NCBI GenBank assembly: GCA_965203315.1
Contig: OZ241857.1
Location: forward strand, 512,001 to 576,000
DNA: 64,000 nucleotides
Reading direction: 5' to 3'
From: Nitrosopumilus sp.
GTDB lineage: Archaea; Thermoproteota; Nitrososphaeria; Nitrososphaerales; Nitrosopumilaceae
Below the pieces are notes generated by a model. That model saw nothing but the letters and a program-made list of their open reading frames with translations. It was not told the DNA's origin and made no database searches. Each line of letters begins with the position of its first letter. Within the stretch, counting starts at the first letter, position 1. The position numbers and the translations under genes were made by a program. Shown one piece after another: positions 46,833 through 57,005 of this stretch.

Positions 46833-47091
46833 GGATCTTTTCGGTTTACGTAGGACAGATAGTTACGGAAAAAGCACCACTAGAGTCTGTAAGGGAAAAT
46901 TATGGAAAGCCTTAGACTGTATGCGTATTTCTTACATCATGCGCACATTTTAAGGTACAATAAAACACAGGTGTAATTTCTAGAGGCAAATTGATTCATT
47001 GTTATCGTGTTTGATGATTGGGTATGGGCACTCTCAATAATACGCATACAGTCTCTTGTGAAATCCCATATTACATAAACCGAAGAGAATC
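46833..47091. mobile_element. MITE-B containing MITE-A (46914-47054)
   Basis: outer GGATCTTTTCGGTTTAC..TAAACCGAAGAGA; inner MITE-A with CTT duplication. Confidence 0.85.
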
Positions 47092-47221
47092 GATAGGGAT
47101 CTCATCACATATATCGTCTAGTTATAGTTGTCCAAATCAATTCTAGAGAATTGTTATGTCTTGATGATATATTGTATAAAAAAATCAGTACATGGTTAAA
47201 AAAAAGAGGTTGTTGATGCTG

Positions 47222-47923
47222 TCAATTTCGTTCAAAGTGACAAGATGGAGAGTCTTCAGGACAATAAAATTCGGCACCGTCTACACATCCATTGTCTACT
47301 GCCCATTGATCATTTTGGAATTCACTCTGCATACAAAACTCCAACCACATTGTTCCATGTGGGCTGAGTACTAGTGCTTCGTTGAGGTTTATGTCGTTAC
47401 AGTATACGACTCCAATTATTCGACCTTGTAGATTTCCTATCTGTCCGTCATCTTCATCAACAGTAGCAGTAGATCCTACTGGACATATGCTCTCAATGTA
47501 TGCTTTTGCTTCAGGGCCTCCCGGCTCTGTGATCTCTGCTGATGATGCTATCGCAAATCTGATTCGATTGTCATCTATCTTGATTGTGTGTCCTTCAACC
47601 ACTTCAGTCACTGTTCCAGTTATACAGCTTGCACTACCCGAACACCTAGGATCAGACTCCATCACATCTGCCATTGAGCTAGAATTCGACAAGATGCCTT
47701 GGTCTATCAAGTATTGAATTGCTGCAAGAAACTCTGTATCTGTGATACTACCTTCGACCCAAAACTTTGCAGTGTCTTTTATCCAAGATGGAATCATATC
47801 CGAGTCTGCAGCAAATGCTACAGACGTGAAAGATGTTCCAGCCATCAACAAGATGCTAAAGAGTACTATGGCATATTGCATTATGAACGATAATACTCGC
47901 CTGTTTATATAATTGCTGATCAA
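47222..47923 (-). CDS. exported thermonuclease (SNase)-like protein
   Basis: signal peptide, IPSWIK domain, GTVTEVVEGHTI..RIRF..GRIIGVVYC..LNEAL. Confidence 0.8.
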   Translation of the reverse strand: MISNYINRRVLSFIMQYAIVLFSILLMAGTSFTSVAFAADSDMIPSWIKDTAKFWVEGSITDTEFLAAIQYLIDQGILSNSSSMADVMESDPRCSGSASCITGTVTEVVEGHTIKIDDNRIRFAIASSAEITEPGGPEAKAYIESICPVGSTATVDEDDGQIGNLQGRIIGVVYCNDINLNEALVLSPHGTMWLEFCMQSEFQNDQWAVDNGCVDGAEFYCPEDSPSCHFERN

Positions 47924-48168
47924 GGTTCATTAATTTGACGTGGTTAGCATCTGCATAAAATTCTTGAAACTTTGCAAAATGTGGGAACTATCTCATACCA
48001 GATATCGTGAATTACTGATGTCTCGAGTCTTATATTGTGCATTCTTTGAGATAACGTCATCGCGATCTCAATCCCCATCAATTGAACAGAACCGTACTGT
48101 CCTCAGATCCAGTCAACCTCGCAGAAAATCTAGATAGATTAATTTCTATGTACGAGATGTGATATTGT

Positions 48169-48579
48169 ATGAGACATGTGATCAGGTTTTTTGGCCATAA
48201 GAACATTAGGTCATTACACACCAAGACGATCGAGATAACATGCGATAGAGATCTCACTGTTGCAGGAGACTGTATAGTTGGAGTATCGGCAGAGTCTGGC
48301 TGTGCAGAACTGCCGGAGACACTTAAGACTCTACTGAGATCAGATAGATCAGTCAAATTCACTTTATGCGTAAATAAACATAATTTTGTAATCAATGGAC
48401 GCGGCAGTCCAAAACTAGTACTCGATCATCGAACAGACATTGTCTTGAGAAAGAGTAAGTTCATCTGTCCTAGGACTATATCCATATGCTGTGATCAGAC
48501 AGCCGACAAGGTACCAAAAGAGATGATCAGGTTGTTACAGGATCCAAGTACTAGTGGCAAGTTGATCATCGAAGTGTAA
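48169..48579 (+). CDS. DUF371 family protein
   Basis: GHKNIRSLHTKTIEIT..GDCIVGV..DIVLRKS. Confidence 0.85.
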   Translation: MRHVIRFFGHKNIRSLHTKTIEITCDRDLTVAGDCIVGVSAESGCAELPETLKTLLRSDRSVKFTLCVNKHNFVINGRGSPKLVLDHRTDIVLRKSKFICPRTISICCDQTADKVPKEMIRLLQDPSTSGKLIIEV

Positions 48580-48609
48580 CATTTATAGATCAAAGCAGAC
48601 CGTATATTG

Positions 48610-48729
48610 ATGGGCACAAAGACCAATTTGTTCATTCTAGTACCTCTTGCCACTTTTGCAGCAATCATTCTTGGATTTGGATTATACAACACGTTGTGCA
48701 AGAATGCAAATATTCCACTAGGTTGTTAG
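48610..48729 (+). CDS. 39-aa single-pass membrane peptide (not in ORF track)
   Basis: MGTKTNLFILVPLATFAAIILGFGLYNTLCKNANIPLGC; TTTATA 28 nt upstream. Confidence 0.55.
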   Translation: MGTKTNLFILVPLATFAAIILGFGLYNTLCKNANIPLGC

Positions 48730-48833
48730 TGAACAGTAAATATTGTATCAAACACAGTCGGGTCTCAACTCGACCAATGATCACCAACACATATCTTGGT
48801 CTAATCTACAACTAGATATCATTTATCAAATCG

Positions 48834-49211
48834 ATGTTATTCAAGATATATGTGTCAACAGATGTGAATACCAGTAAAAAGATCGATAAAAGAACGATCA
48901 GACTTCGTGTACATGATCCTCCAACCACTGCTCAGATGAAACAACTTCGTGCCTACTTTAACGAGATGCCTATGGAAGAGATATTGACAGGTTTAAAGTT
49001 TGCAAAGAATCGTTGGTCAGCAAAAGATTCTGGAACTCTTCGCGTTGGGAGACGCGGCATAGTTCAGAAAGAGGTTCATTCTGTAACCTCCGAGCAGGCC
49101 AAATGGCGACTAGATAATTGGAAGTTGATGATTGCTAACTATCGCAGACGTGGATACAGCTATCCTACAATCTCACGAATCAAAAAGGTACTGATCCAAA
49201 AAACAGTTTAA
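48834..49211 (+). CDS. basic hypothetical protein
   Basis: 125-aa ORF with plausible composition. Confidence 0.7.
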   Translation: MLFKIYVSTDVNTSKKIDKRTIRLRVHDPPTTAQMKQLRAYFNEMPMEEILTGLKFAKNRWSAKDSGTLRVGRRGIVQKEVHSVTSEQAKWRLDNWKLMIANYRRRGYSYPTISRIKKVLIQKTV

Positions 49212-49316
49212 ATGAATAGCCGTATGTGATATTCTACAACAAAGACTATGATCTATTGATGGCTAGTTATCATATTACACTATTCAAAACGACGAGATAA
49301 ATTAAAAATATCGAGC

Positions 49317-49715
49317 CTACTCTTTGGTAGGATCTCGACTAAGTATATTCAAAACATGTTCGACTATCTGCTTTTGACCACCTTCATGCAAGTCTTGGCG
49401 AATCGCGTCAGAGCCAACGCTGATAAAGATCAAGTTGTCATCGCCTAATGGAAATGTTATCCTGGTGAGTCGTTCAAATGATGCTACAGCATACATGCCT
49501 CGACCTATCTTTGGGTATAGTGCCTTGCGACCCTTCCAAGAACTTGCTGCACGTTTGAGTGACGCTGCTGTCTCTTCGGGTGATAGATAGTTTACAACTC
49601 CAGATCTGTGACTCGTAGCGATTATCGTTCCTTCAATATCTGTTATGATGCTGTGTCGTATATTGATGTCAGAGTTCATTATACGCTTCAAGAGGTTATC
49701 ATAGTTCATCAACAT
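49317..49715 (-). CDS. roadblock-like (DUF6659-type) protein
   Basis: IRHSIITDIEG..IGRGMYAVASFERLTRITFP. Confidence 0.7.
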   Translation of the reverse strand: MLMNYDNLLKRIMNSDINIRHSIITDIEGTIIATSHRSGVVNYLSPEETAASLKRAASSWKGRKALYPKIGRGMYAVASFERLTRITFPLGDDNLIFISVGSDAIRQDLHEGGQKQIVEHVLNILSRDPTKE

Positions 49716-49895
49716 TGTCTAGTATTTGGAATTACTTAAGTATCGTGGTATGTGTAGATTGTGTGTGTAGATTGTTCGGTAATCACGCCCTGCCTAATCT
49801 TCGATATCGATGTTTGAACCTAACGTACATCACATTATCTTGACAACGAGTGTGATGAGCAGACTATAAATTAAACTCTTACGAGCATTCATCAT

Positions 49896-50633
49896 ATGCT
49901 TCCTGCACAACAAGGCTACGATCGTGCTATAACGGTATTCTCTCCTGATGGTAGACTATATCAAGTCGAGTATGCTATAGAGACTGTTCGTCGTGGTGCA
50001 ATAGCTGTAGGCATAAAATGTAAGCAAGGTATAGTAATCGCTGTAGAAGAAAAGTCAAGAAAACTACAGATAACAGATGTGGCACAAAAGATATTTCAGA
50101 TCGATGACCATGTGGGCGTGGCCGCAGCTGGTTATATCCCAGACGCACGAAGTCAAGTGGATAAAGCGCGGCTCTTCTCTCAAAGCAACAGAATGATTTA
50201 TGATGAAGCAGTAGATGTCGAGTCTATTGCAAAACATTTAGCTGATCAATCGCAACAATATACACAGTATGCTGGAGTGAGACCATTTGGCGTTGCTCTG
50301 ATTTTGGGTGGAGTGACAAACAAGACTCCTCAACTATATTTGACAGATCCTAGTGGAACATACATTTCGTATGATGCAATTGCGATAGGCTCTAGCTCAG
50401 ATCAAGTAACAGACTTTTTAGAAAAGACATATACCAACGATCTCTCACTAGATGACGCGTCAGCGCTTGCAACTGCAGGAATCTATATTGCTAGTGATGA
50501 CAAAGAGCGATCCGATCAGATCAGGATGGCTCACATCGGCGCCGAGTCTGAGGTATATGAACTAGTCTCTCAGGACAAGATCACAGAGTATGTTGATCAA
50601 AGCAAGAAAAAATACCCAAACCCCAACGCATAA
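49896..50633 (+). CDS. psmA: proteasome subunit alpha
   Basis: GYDRAITVFSPDGRLYQVEYA; RPFGV; TDPSG. Confidence 0.97.
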   Translation: MLPAQQGYDRAITVFSPDGRLYQVEYAIETVRRGAIAVGIKCKQGIVIAVEEKSRKLQITDVAQKIFQIDDHVGVAAAGYIPDARSQVDKARLFSQSNRMIYDEAVDVESIAKHLADQSQQYTQYAGVRPFGVALILGGVTNKTPQLYLTDPSGTYISYDAIAIGSSSDQVTDFLEKTYTNDLSLDDASALATAGIYIASDDKERSDQIRMAHIGAESEVYELVSQDKITEYVDQSKKKYPNPNA

Positions 50634-50639
50634 TACGAC

Positions 50640-51458
50640 ATGAAACTAGCTATCGCAATTCCAGATTCATCACTATCTGACGAATCTCTAAAGATGAACA
50701 AGACGAGAAAAGCAGCCACATTCGCACGCACTTGTGCTATATTTGGCATCGACACGATATTCATATACAGTGATGGTGAATCAAAAGATGGTAAACTATT
50801 AGCGACAATACTACGATATTTGGAGACACCACAGTTTTTACGAAAGATACTCTTTTCAAAACTAAATGACTTAAAGTTTTCAGGTGTTTTGTATCCTTTG
50901 CGAATTCCTAGCCACAACGTTACATCAAAACCAAAAGAGATCAAACGAGGCGATATTCGTGAAGGAATAGTCGTCACAATAAAAGGTAAGCGATTTGTAG
51001 ACACTGGAATAAACCAACTCATTCCATTTTATGGCAGTACAAAGGTAGGTCAGCGCACAACCATCCAGTTCAAAGAAGGCTATCCCAAGTTTTCGATAAA
51101 AGAGATCGGACGTCAAGAGATTACAAAGTATTGGGGCTATACTACAAAAGAGAGATCAAGCTTGTCTGCCCTACTTGAAGAGTGGGAGGGCAACATAATT
51201 CTCACAACAAGAAAGGCCAAGAGCGCTAGTCGCCAACAGATTACAAAGTATCTTGTGTCAAAGAGACCAACTCTTTTGGTATTTGGTTCGCCAGAGAGAG
51301 GCATACATGATATATTGGGATCAAAGATAAGACATGTTCAAAATGCAAAGTCGTTAAACTTTTTTCCAGATCAAATGACACAGACTGTACGTCTTGAAGA
51401 AGCTCTTTTGGGCGTCTTGTCGATAATAAATCACATACGCGCTGACCGTGAAATCTAG
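50640..51458 (+). CDS. SPOUT RNA methyltransferase (DUF171-type)
   Basis: IAIPDS, YLETPQFLRK, VFGSPERG, TVRLEEA. Confidence 0.9.
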   Translation: MKLAIAIPDSSLSDESLKMNKTRKAATFARTCAIFGIDTIFIYSDGESKDGKLLATILRYLETPQFLRKILFSKLNDLKFSGVLYPLRIPSHNVTSKPKEIKRGDIREGIVVTIKGKRFVDTGINQLIPFYGSTKVGQRTTIQFKEGYPKFSIKEIGRQEITKYWGYTTKERSSLSALLEEWEGNIILTTRKAKSASRQQITKYLVSKRPTLLVFGSPERGIHDILGSKIRHVQNAKSLNFFPDQMTQTVRLEEALLGVLSIINHIRADREI

Positions 51459-51540
51459 TTCATGCATACGCATTAGTAGCGAAATCAACCATAGTATGCC
51501 TAATCACATATTGGGCATACATTTACACGATAACATATAC

Positions 51541-51597
51541 GCAACATATCGCATTATATCGCAACATATCGCATTATATCGCAACATATCGCATTAT
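51541..51597. repeat. 20-bp tandem repeat, nearly 3 units
   Basis: GCAACATATCGCATTATATC. Confidence 0.9.
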
Positions 51598-51769
51598 TAG
51601 GTCATCACAGACATGCTCTGCGATTATGTCAAAATGAGGCGTTGATCAAAATATTTAGATCAGGCTAGTTAAGAGATTTGAAAACTCAAATGTTATACTA
51701 TACTCGAAACAATGATCAGTTCATGTACATTTTCCTATATTTTATGCGTGTTTTGAGGTACAATGAAAC

Positions 51770-51883
51770 GGATCTTTATGGTTCATGTGGGCTGAGCAGT
51801 TACAGAAAAAGCACATAAGATTCTAAATGAAAATTATGTAAAAAAATCTTGCGAAACTCTATTCCGCATAAATCGAAGGATCC
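51770..51883. mobile_element. MITE-B abutting a decayed MITE-A fragment
   Basis: GGATC ends; left flank ttttgaggtacaatgaaac resembles MITE-A interior. Confidence 0.7.
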
Positions 51884-52041
51884 ATGCAATGTACAATATT
51901 TGTAGATCGCTTAGTTTGGCAACCGCCATGACTCCATGACTAAATGAGCGTTTAAATGATTTCAGTCCAAGATACAAGTATACACCAACCAATAAACTAA
52001 AAGAATAGAAAGAAATACTAGAGTATGAATAAAGATTTTAG

Positions 52042-52911
52042 ATGAACAAGAATGAGAAAACAATTCGCGCTCTTATAGAACAAGCAGTGGGGTTAAAAGT
52101 TGATGAATATGAGAGGGCTCTAGAGCTTTATGATTCAGCACTAATGATAGACCCGGATGATTGGATGACATACAAGTGTAAAGCCGACACTTGCCTAGAC
52201 TGCGGTAAATACGACATGGCGATAGAGTGTGCAGAGAAAGCTCTAGAGTTGACAGACAATGAAAGAATTGAAGAGATAGCAACAATAAAGATACTGGCTT
52301 TTGAAAGTAGTGATAGATATGATGAGGGATTAGAATGGGTAGATAAAAAATTAGTAGAGTATGTAGATGATGAAACTGTTGACGATTTCAAATCAATTAT
52401 TTTATATGACAAATATAAAAAATATGGTGGCTTAGAGTTGGCAGAGACTGCAATAAACTTTTACGATGATGCAATACAAAGAACTCCAAACAACTTTGGA
52501 ATACTAAACAGTAAAGGTGAAATATTAACAGACCTTGAGAGATATAGCGAGGCGTTAATGTGTTTTAGTAACGTCATTGCACGATATCCAGATAATGATA
52601 GAGCAATGTTGGGAAAAGCGAATGTACTCTACAAGATGGGGCAGGATAAAAAAGCGATCAAGTTTTGTAAAAAACTCATTAAACTATGCTCTATGGATCC
52701 ACAAATACAAACAAAATTATTCCTGCTCTTAGCTGATCTTAATCAAGTACAAGACATGAACTACCCTCTAGACATGTTGATTGACTGGGATCCAGATGAG
52801 CCCAAATATAGAATAATAAAAAATAAACTAGAAGAAGAAATTTCATCAAAAGAGGGATCTAATAAATTGATCGACTGTACAAAATTTAAGAGACTTTTAA
52901 ATAACCCTTGA
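52042..52911 (+). CDS. TPR-repeat protein
   Basis: repeats ALELYDSAL, AIECAEKAL, LNSKGEIL, MLGKANVL. Confidence 0.88.
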   Translation: MNKNEKTIRALIEQAVGLKVDEYERALELYDSALMIDPDDWMTYKCKADTCLDCGKYDMAIECAEKALELTDNERIEEIATIKILAFESSDRYDEGLEWVDKKLVEYVDDETVDDFKSIILYDKYKKYGGLELAETAINFYDDAIQRTPNNFGILNSKGEILTDLERYSEALMCFSNVIARYPDNDRAMLGKANVLYKMGQDKKAIKFCKKLIKLCSMDPQIQTKLFLLLADLNQVQDMNYPLDMLIDWDPDEPKYRIIKNKLEEEISSKEGSNKLIDCTKFKRLLNNP

Positions 52912-52914
52912 ACA

Positions 52915-53208
52915 GTTATGTAAACTTGACCGTGTTAACGGTCTTGCCAAAAAATTTTCTGCATTTCTCAAGTTGTTGTCAGCTAAATTTAAACACAAAA
53001 TTAACAACATGTTGGGTATTTGGTCACAAACAAAATTGTTTTCTTGTTTACTTTTGCATATGTGGGACAAGATGTAGAATTCACATCTGGCATAACAGAT
53101 AACATCAAATTGTGATACTACATACTAGGAAAATTACTATGTTCACAACTATAGAATCTCGTAGTGTTTTTTCTGCAACCATTCACATCCCACTTACAGA
53201 AGAGATCT
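52915..53208. mobile_element. mosaic of IS6-like end, MITE-C (53021-53151) and MITE-B right half
   Basis: 52915-53015 resembles 27440-27545; remainder matches MITE-C and MITE-B copies. Confidence 0.7.
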
Positions 53209-53263
53209 AGACAAGTCGATCTTGACTAGAGTATTTGAAAATCATTCCTGCAATTGATGGGTT

Positions 53264-54040
53264 TTAATTCAATAGATTTCTTATCTTGTTTGCCTTTCTC
53301 TTTCCAACATTGGCAAACACTTTTAGCAACTCTTCATAGGTATTGTCACCGCCAACAAGATCCCAAAAACTCTTACCCATCAAGACTTGGTTGGTAACAT
53401 CCAAATATTTTATAGAAAAGCTATGTTTGTATGGATTGTTGCCGTACGGATTATACGCCATTGCAAAGTATGTCTTGGTCTCTGGAAATGATCTTCTTCT
53501 AAGAGCATGAATCCACAAGTGCTTTCTTGTGATGTTGAGACATTGTTCTTTGTTCGGTTTTGGGGATTTTATCTCCAAGAATATCTCATTGTTTTGTTTA
53601 TCTCTTAGATATAGATCAGAGATTATGCTTTTTTCTATCGGTGTGCTTGTATCGAGACTAACAAAATCGACTATTCTTTTTACTTCTTTGATATAGTCTT
53701 CAAAAATATCTCCTTGATCTATTCTAGTTACTATTCTATCAATCTCTGCATTTGTATCTGTTGGAATGGTGCCTACAAGTTTATTCTGAGACACCACAGT
53801 AAATCTCTCTTTTGCAATTATCAACGAACACCCCTCAAACATCTCTCCTATACTAGTTGAAAACGATCTCTCAAACGATGCTGTCTTTATCATATCTTTT
53901 GGCAATAATGCGGCATGAAAGGGTTTATGATCGGAACTCTGTTGACCAACATCTTTTTGCTCAAGCATATTATCTATTGCATGACATAGATAATCTACTA
54001 ACTCTTTTTTGGTTTTATCTGATAGTGCCATGCGTTCCAC
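53264..54040 (-). CDS. TdeIII-family type II restriction endonuclease
   Basis: KPFH, SFERSFSTSIG, SDLY..EIKSPKPN, AMAYNPYG. Confidence 0.85.
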   Translation of the reverse strand: MERMALSDKTKKELVDYLCHAIDNMLEQKDVGQQSSDHKPFHAALLPKDMIKTASFERSFSTSIGEMFEGCSLIIAKERFTVVSQNKLVGTIPTDTNAEIDRIVTRIDQGDIFEDYIKEVKRIVDFVSLDTSTPIEKSIISDLYLRDKQNNEIFLEIKSPKPNKEQCLNITRKHLWIHALRRRSFPETKTYFAMAYNPYGNNPYKHSFSIKYLDVTNQVLMGKSFWDLVGGDNTYEELLKVFANVGKRKANKIRNLLN

Positions 54041-55178
54041 ATACTAGTATATCTTCATTGAAATCTGTTGCCCTTCTACCAGATCGTCTATTTACGTTAC
54101 GGTATAATCTCTTTTTCATATGCATTCCAGATTCTTGTATGATATCATCGTATAATCCAAGCTTGTCATTTACCACTATGATGAAATTGCTGTCTTTGTT
54201 AAGAGTTGTTTCTGATATGTTTTGTATTGTTTTAATCATGGATCTCTTGTAATCTTTAATTGCTTGTTTGCTAGAACCCCTCTTCTTGCTACCAATCTCT
54301 TTGTTCCAGTTGTCTTCTAGTTCCAATAATTCATATGCGTATCGATGCTGGTCATGATAATCAATAAGTCCTAAATATGGAGGCGAGGTTAAAACATCGC
54401 TAATCTGCAAGTTACTAAAGTTAAACTTTGATGAATCTCCATGTATTGCTTTAGTGTATACGTTATTTCGTATACTCTGAAACTCTTTTATGCGTTTTAG
54501 TGTATCTCTACAATATCTCTTGAGAAAAGACAATGAATTTGTGGTCGGGTGACATATTCTATCATGTTTTATGCAATAGTAATCATCACTCTGGGGATTT
54601 TTAGGGTAATCTGTCTCATAGTGAGCGATCATTCTTGATGAACGTGCCGAACGCGATAGTATTACTTTTAGAACATCTTGGTATCTGTGTTTTGTAATAT
54701 GATCACGGAATACAAGTAGTGCGTGCAAAGCGTCTGAATGATACCATCTGTTTAGATACTCCGAGTCTGTAATGCCTATCTTTCTTTTATTCTTGTTTGA
54801 GATAAAATTATCAAGATTTGTTTTGGTAACGCTAGATATCGTCTGCTCTAGAATCGAATCTATCTCTCTTTTTAGAGCAGAAATGTCGTAATGATTTGTC
54901 TTTACGTTGGACAACATTACATTAAATCTACTGATGTCTAGCCCTACTGATGGAATTCCATAAGCATTGGATTCTACAAGTGTAGTTCCAGAACCCATAA
55001 ATGGATCACAGATTAACTTTGATCTCTTTAGATCTCGTTCAAGAAAATAGTCGACTAGCTGTGGTACAAATTTCCCAATATATTGATGTATGCTGTGAAC
55101 GTGTTTTGTCCGCTCTCTTTGTGGTAGTTCTTTCTCAGACCAGCTCAGTTCTTTGATCAATCTAGCACTAGTCATCAT
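54015..55178 (-). CDS. DNA methyltransferase (N4-C type, alpha order)
   Basis: HQYIGKFVPQL, DPFMGSGTT, TSPPY; overlaps the REase gene. Confidence 0.9.
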   Translation of the reverse strand: MMTSARLIKELSWSEKELPQRERTKHVHSIHQYIGKFVPQLVDYFLERDLKRSKLICDPFMGSGTTLVESNAYGIPSVGLDISRFNVMLSNVKTNHYDISALKREIDSILEQTISSVTKTNLDNFISNKNKRKIGITDSEYLNRWYHSDALHALLVFRDHITKHRYQDVLKVILSRSARSSRMIAHYETDYPKNPQSDDYYCIKHDRICHPTTNSLSFLKRYCRDTLKRIKEFQSIRNNVYTKAIHGDSSKFNFSNLQISDVLTSPPYLGLIDYHDQHRYAYELLELEDNWNKEIGSKKRGSSKQAIKDYKRSMIKTIQNISETTLNKDSNFIIVVNDKLGLYDDIIQESGMHMKKRLYRNVNRRSGRRATDFNEDILVCGTHGTIR

Positions 55179-55391
55179 ACTCTCCTTGTCTTGAATGTGT
55201 TCTCACGGGTATTTTAGTAGATCTCTTACGTCTTAATTATGTTGTATGTCCAGATAGTTCATAAAATATAGTCTCAAATAATCCGATTGTAGTCCATAAT
55301 CGATCTTGACGCAGCATGGAGTCGTACATACCAGGTCTAGTACGATATCTCTTTGTCGAATAACTTGGATCTTTATAGGCGTGGGTTCAAG

Positions 55392-55588
55392 AGATCTCTT
55401 CGATTTACATGAGATGGCATTCTGCAAGGTTTTCCGTGATTTTCCCTTATGAAATCTTGGTGTTTTCTGTACCATTCTATAGTCACGAACATGATAATTT
55501 TCCTAGTGTTTAGTATCACATTGTGTTATCTGTTTTGCCAGAGATAAATTCCGTTTGTGACTATACATCACGTAAACCGAAGAGATCC
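55392..55588. mobile_element. MITE-B containing short MITE-C (55480-55563)
   Basis: outer AGATCTCTTCGATTTAC..GTAAACCGAAGAGATCC; inner TAGTCAC..GTGACTA with TA duplication. Confidence 0.8.
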
Positions 55589-55957
55589 GACGTCTCAGAT
55601 ATTAATAGAACAATAGTGTGGTCGAATGTACATGAGAGAGTCAAAGATCTTTTTATTACTTGCAATGGGTATGGGAATAGTCGGAGTGTTGATTGGCGCA
55701 TCAATAATCTGGCAGTTGTTGTCGCCTAAATGATAAATCGATTGAATTGTGATCAAGACAGTGTTGAGACGCCTCTGTTGATGTTGAATAAATGTCCGTA
55801 TATGATATCTAGTTTTATGTCTAGTGATCGACGCAATGTGACGGATTGTCAAGTCTTACGTAATTCTAGTTGGCAAAATCTATGCAAGATAGAATATTGC
55901 ACAATGTTGTCCATCTGTAGTCTCATCTCTTGACCAAATACACTGTAAATCCCAAAT

Positions 55958-56955
55958 TGTCTTAGACGGAAATCATTTCATATATAAACTCGAAATAAAA
56001 CCATTGGTAAAGGATGCTGAATGAAAAACAAATAGCGTATATAATTAGAGAAATGCGTAAAGGCACAAGCTCATCCATCATAGCAGAGAGAATGAAGGTA
56101 ACTCCCAGACGTGTGTATCAAATTTATGAATATTATATTCAGACAGGTTCAGTTCCAAAACAGCTCAATGCAGGAAGACCAAAGATAGAACCAACACCAA
56201 AACAGATTCAAATTGTAACTGCAGCATACAATGATGATCCTCGAGGTGCTATTTTTATTGCAAAACATCTGCGCTCTGCCCGCATACAAATAAGCTACAA
56301 CACTGTAAAGAAGATCATGAAAGCAAAAGGTTTAGCATCTCCAGCATCTACAAACCGAACGCGTCACAAATGGATTCGCTTTGAACGAAAGTACTCTAAC
56401 GCAATGTGGCATGTGGACTGGCATGTCATAAAAGACTCCAGATGGCAAAATCTATACCTAATTTGCTACCTAGATGATGCATCCAGATGTATTACAGGCT
56501 TTGGAGTCTTTCAACATCCCACAACAGAGAATGCACTACTTGTATTAGACAAAGCAATTAAGACGTTTGGAAGACCTGCACAGATACTATCTGATCATGG
56601 CCCTCAGTTTACATCTAACAAAGAACCAAAGAAAGGTAAAAAGAAACCTACGCACTTTGAAAGAGCTTTACAAAAGCGTAAAATTACTCACATACTTGCA
56701 GGAGTGGGTCGTCCACAAACTAATGGTAAGATAGAGAGATTCTTTGGAACATTTGAAAATGAGGTTAAACATCATGCCAGAATTGGTGAATACATTAGTC
56801 ATTACAATGAAAAAAGACCACACTTTGCTCTAGATATCGATAACGGAGAAACACCGCTTATTGCTTTTAGAGCAAAACAAGCTAGTGCTGAGATTAGAAA
56901 AGACCCAAAATGGGCAGATCTTGACTTATATATGAAATGATTTCCGTCTAAGACA
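55958..56955 (+). mobile_element. IS481-family element with 15-bp TSD
   Basis: TIR TGTCTTAGACGGAAATCATTTCATATA; CTGTAAATCCCAAAT on both flanks. Confidence 0.93.
56014..56940 (+). CDS. IS481-family transposase
   Basis: WHVDW, LSDHGPQF, PQTNGKIERFF, YNEKRPH. Confidence 0.93.
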   Translation: MLNEKQIAYIIREMRKGTSSSIIAERMKVTPRRVYQIYEYYIQTGSVPKQLNAGRPKIEPTPKQIQIVTAAYNDDPRGAIFIAKHLRSARIQISYNTVKKIMKAKGLASPASTNRTRHKWIRFERKYSNAMWHVDWHVIKDSRWQNLYLICYLDDASRCITGFGVFQHPTTENALLVLDKAIKTFGRPAQILSDHGPQFTSNKEPKKGKKKPTHFERALQKRKITHILAGVGRPQTNGKIERFFGTFENEVKHHARIGEYISHYNEKRPHFALDIDNGETPLIAFRAKQASAEIRKDPKWADLDLYMK

Positions 56956-56977
56956 CTGTAAATCCCAAATCTATACC

Positions 56978-57005
56978 TTTATATATATCGGGGGGGGGGG
57001 TGTCT
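56978..57005 (+). promoter_or_regulatory. TATA box plus G11 tract
   Basis: TTTATATA 56978-56985; G11 56990-57000; ATG 57006. Confidence 0.65.

Noticed and set aside
55595-55933. short ORFs between the RM system and IS481
   Set aside because: Broken frames, no family recognised
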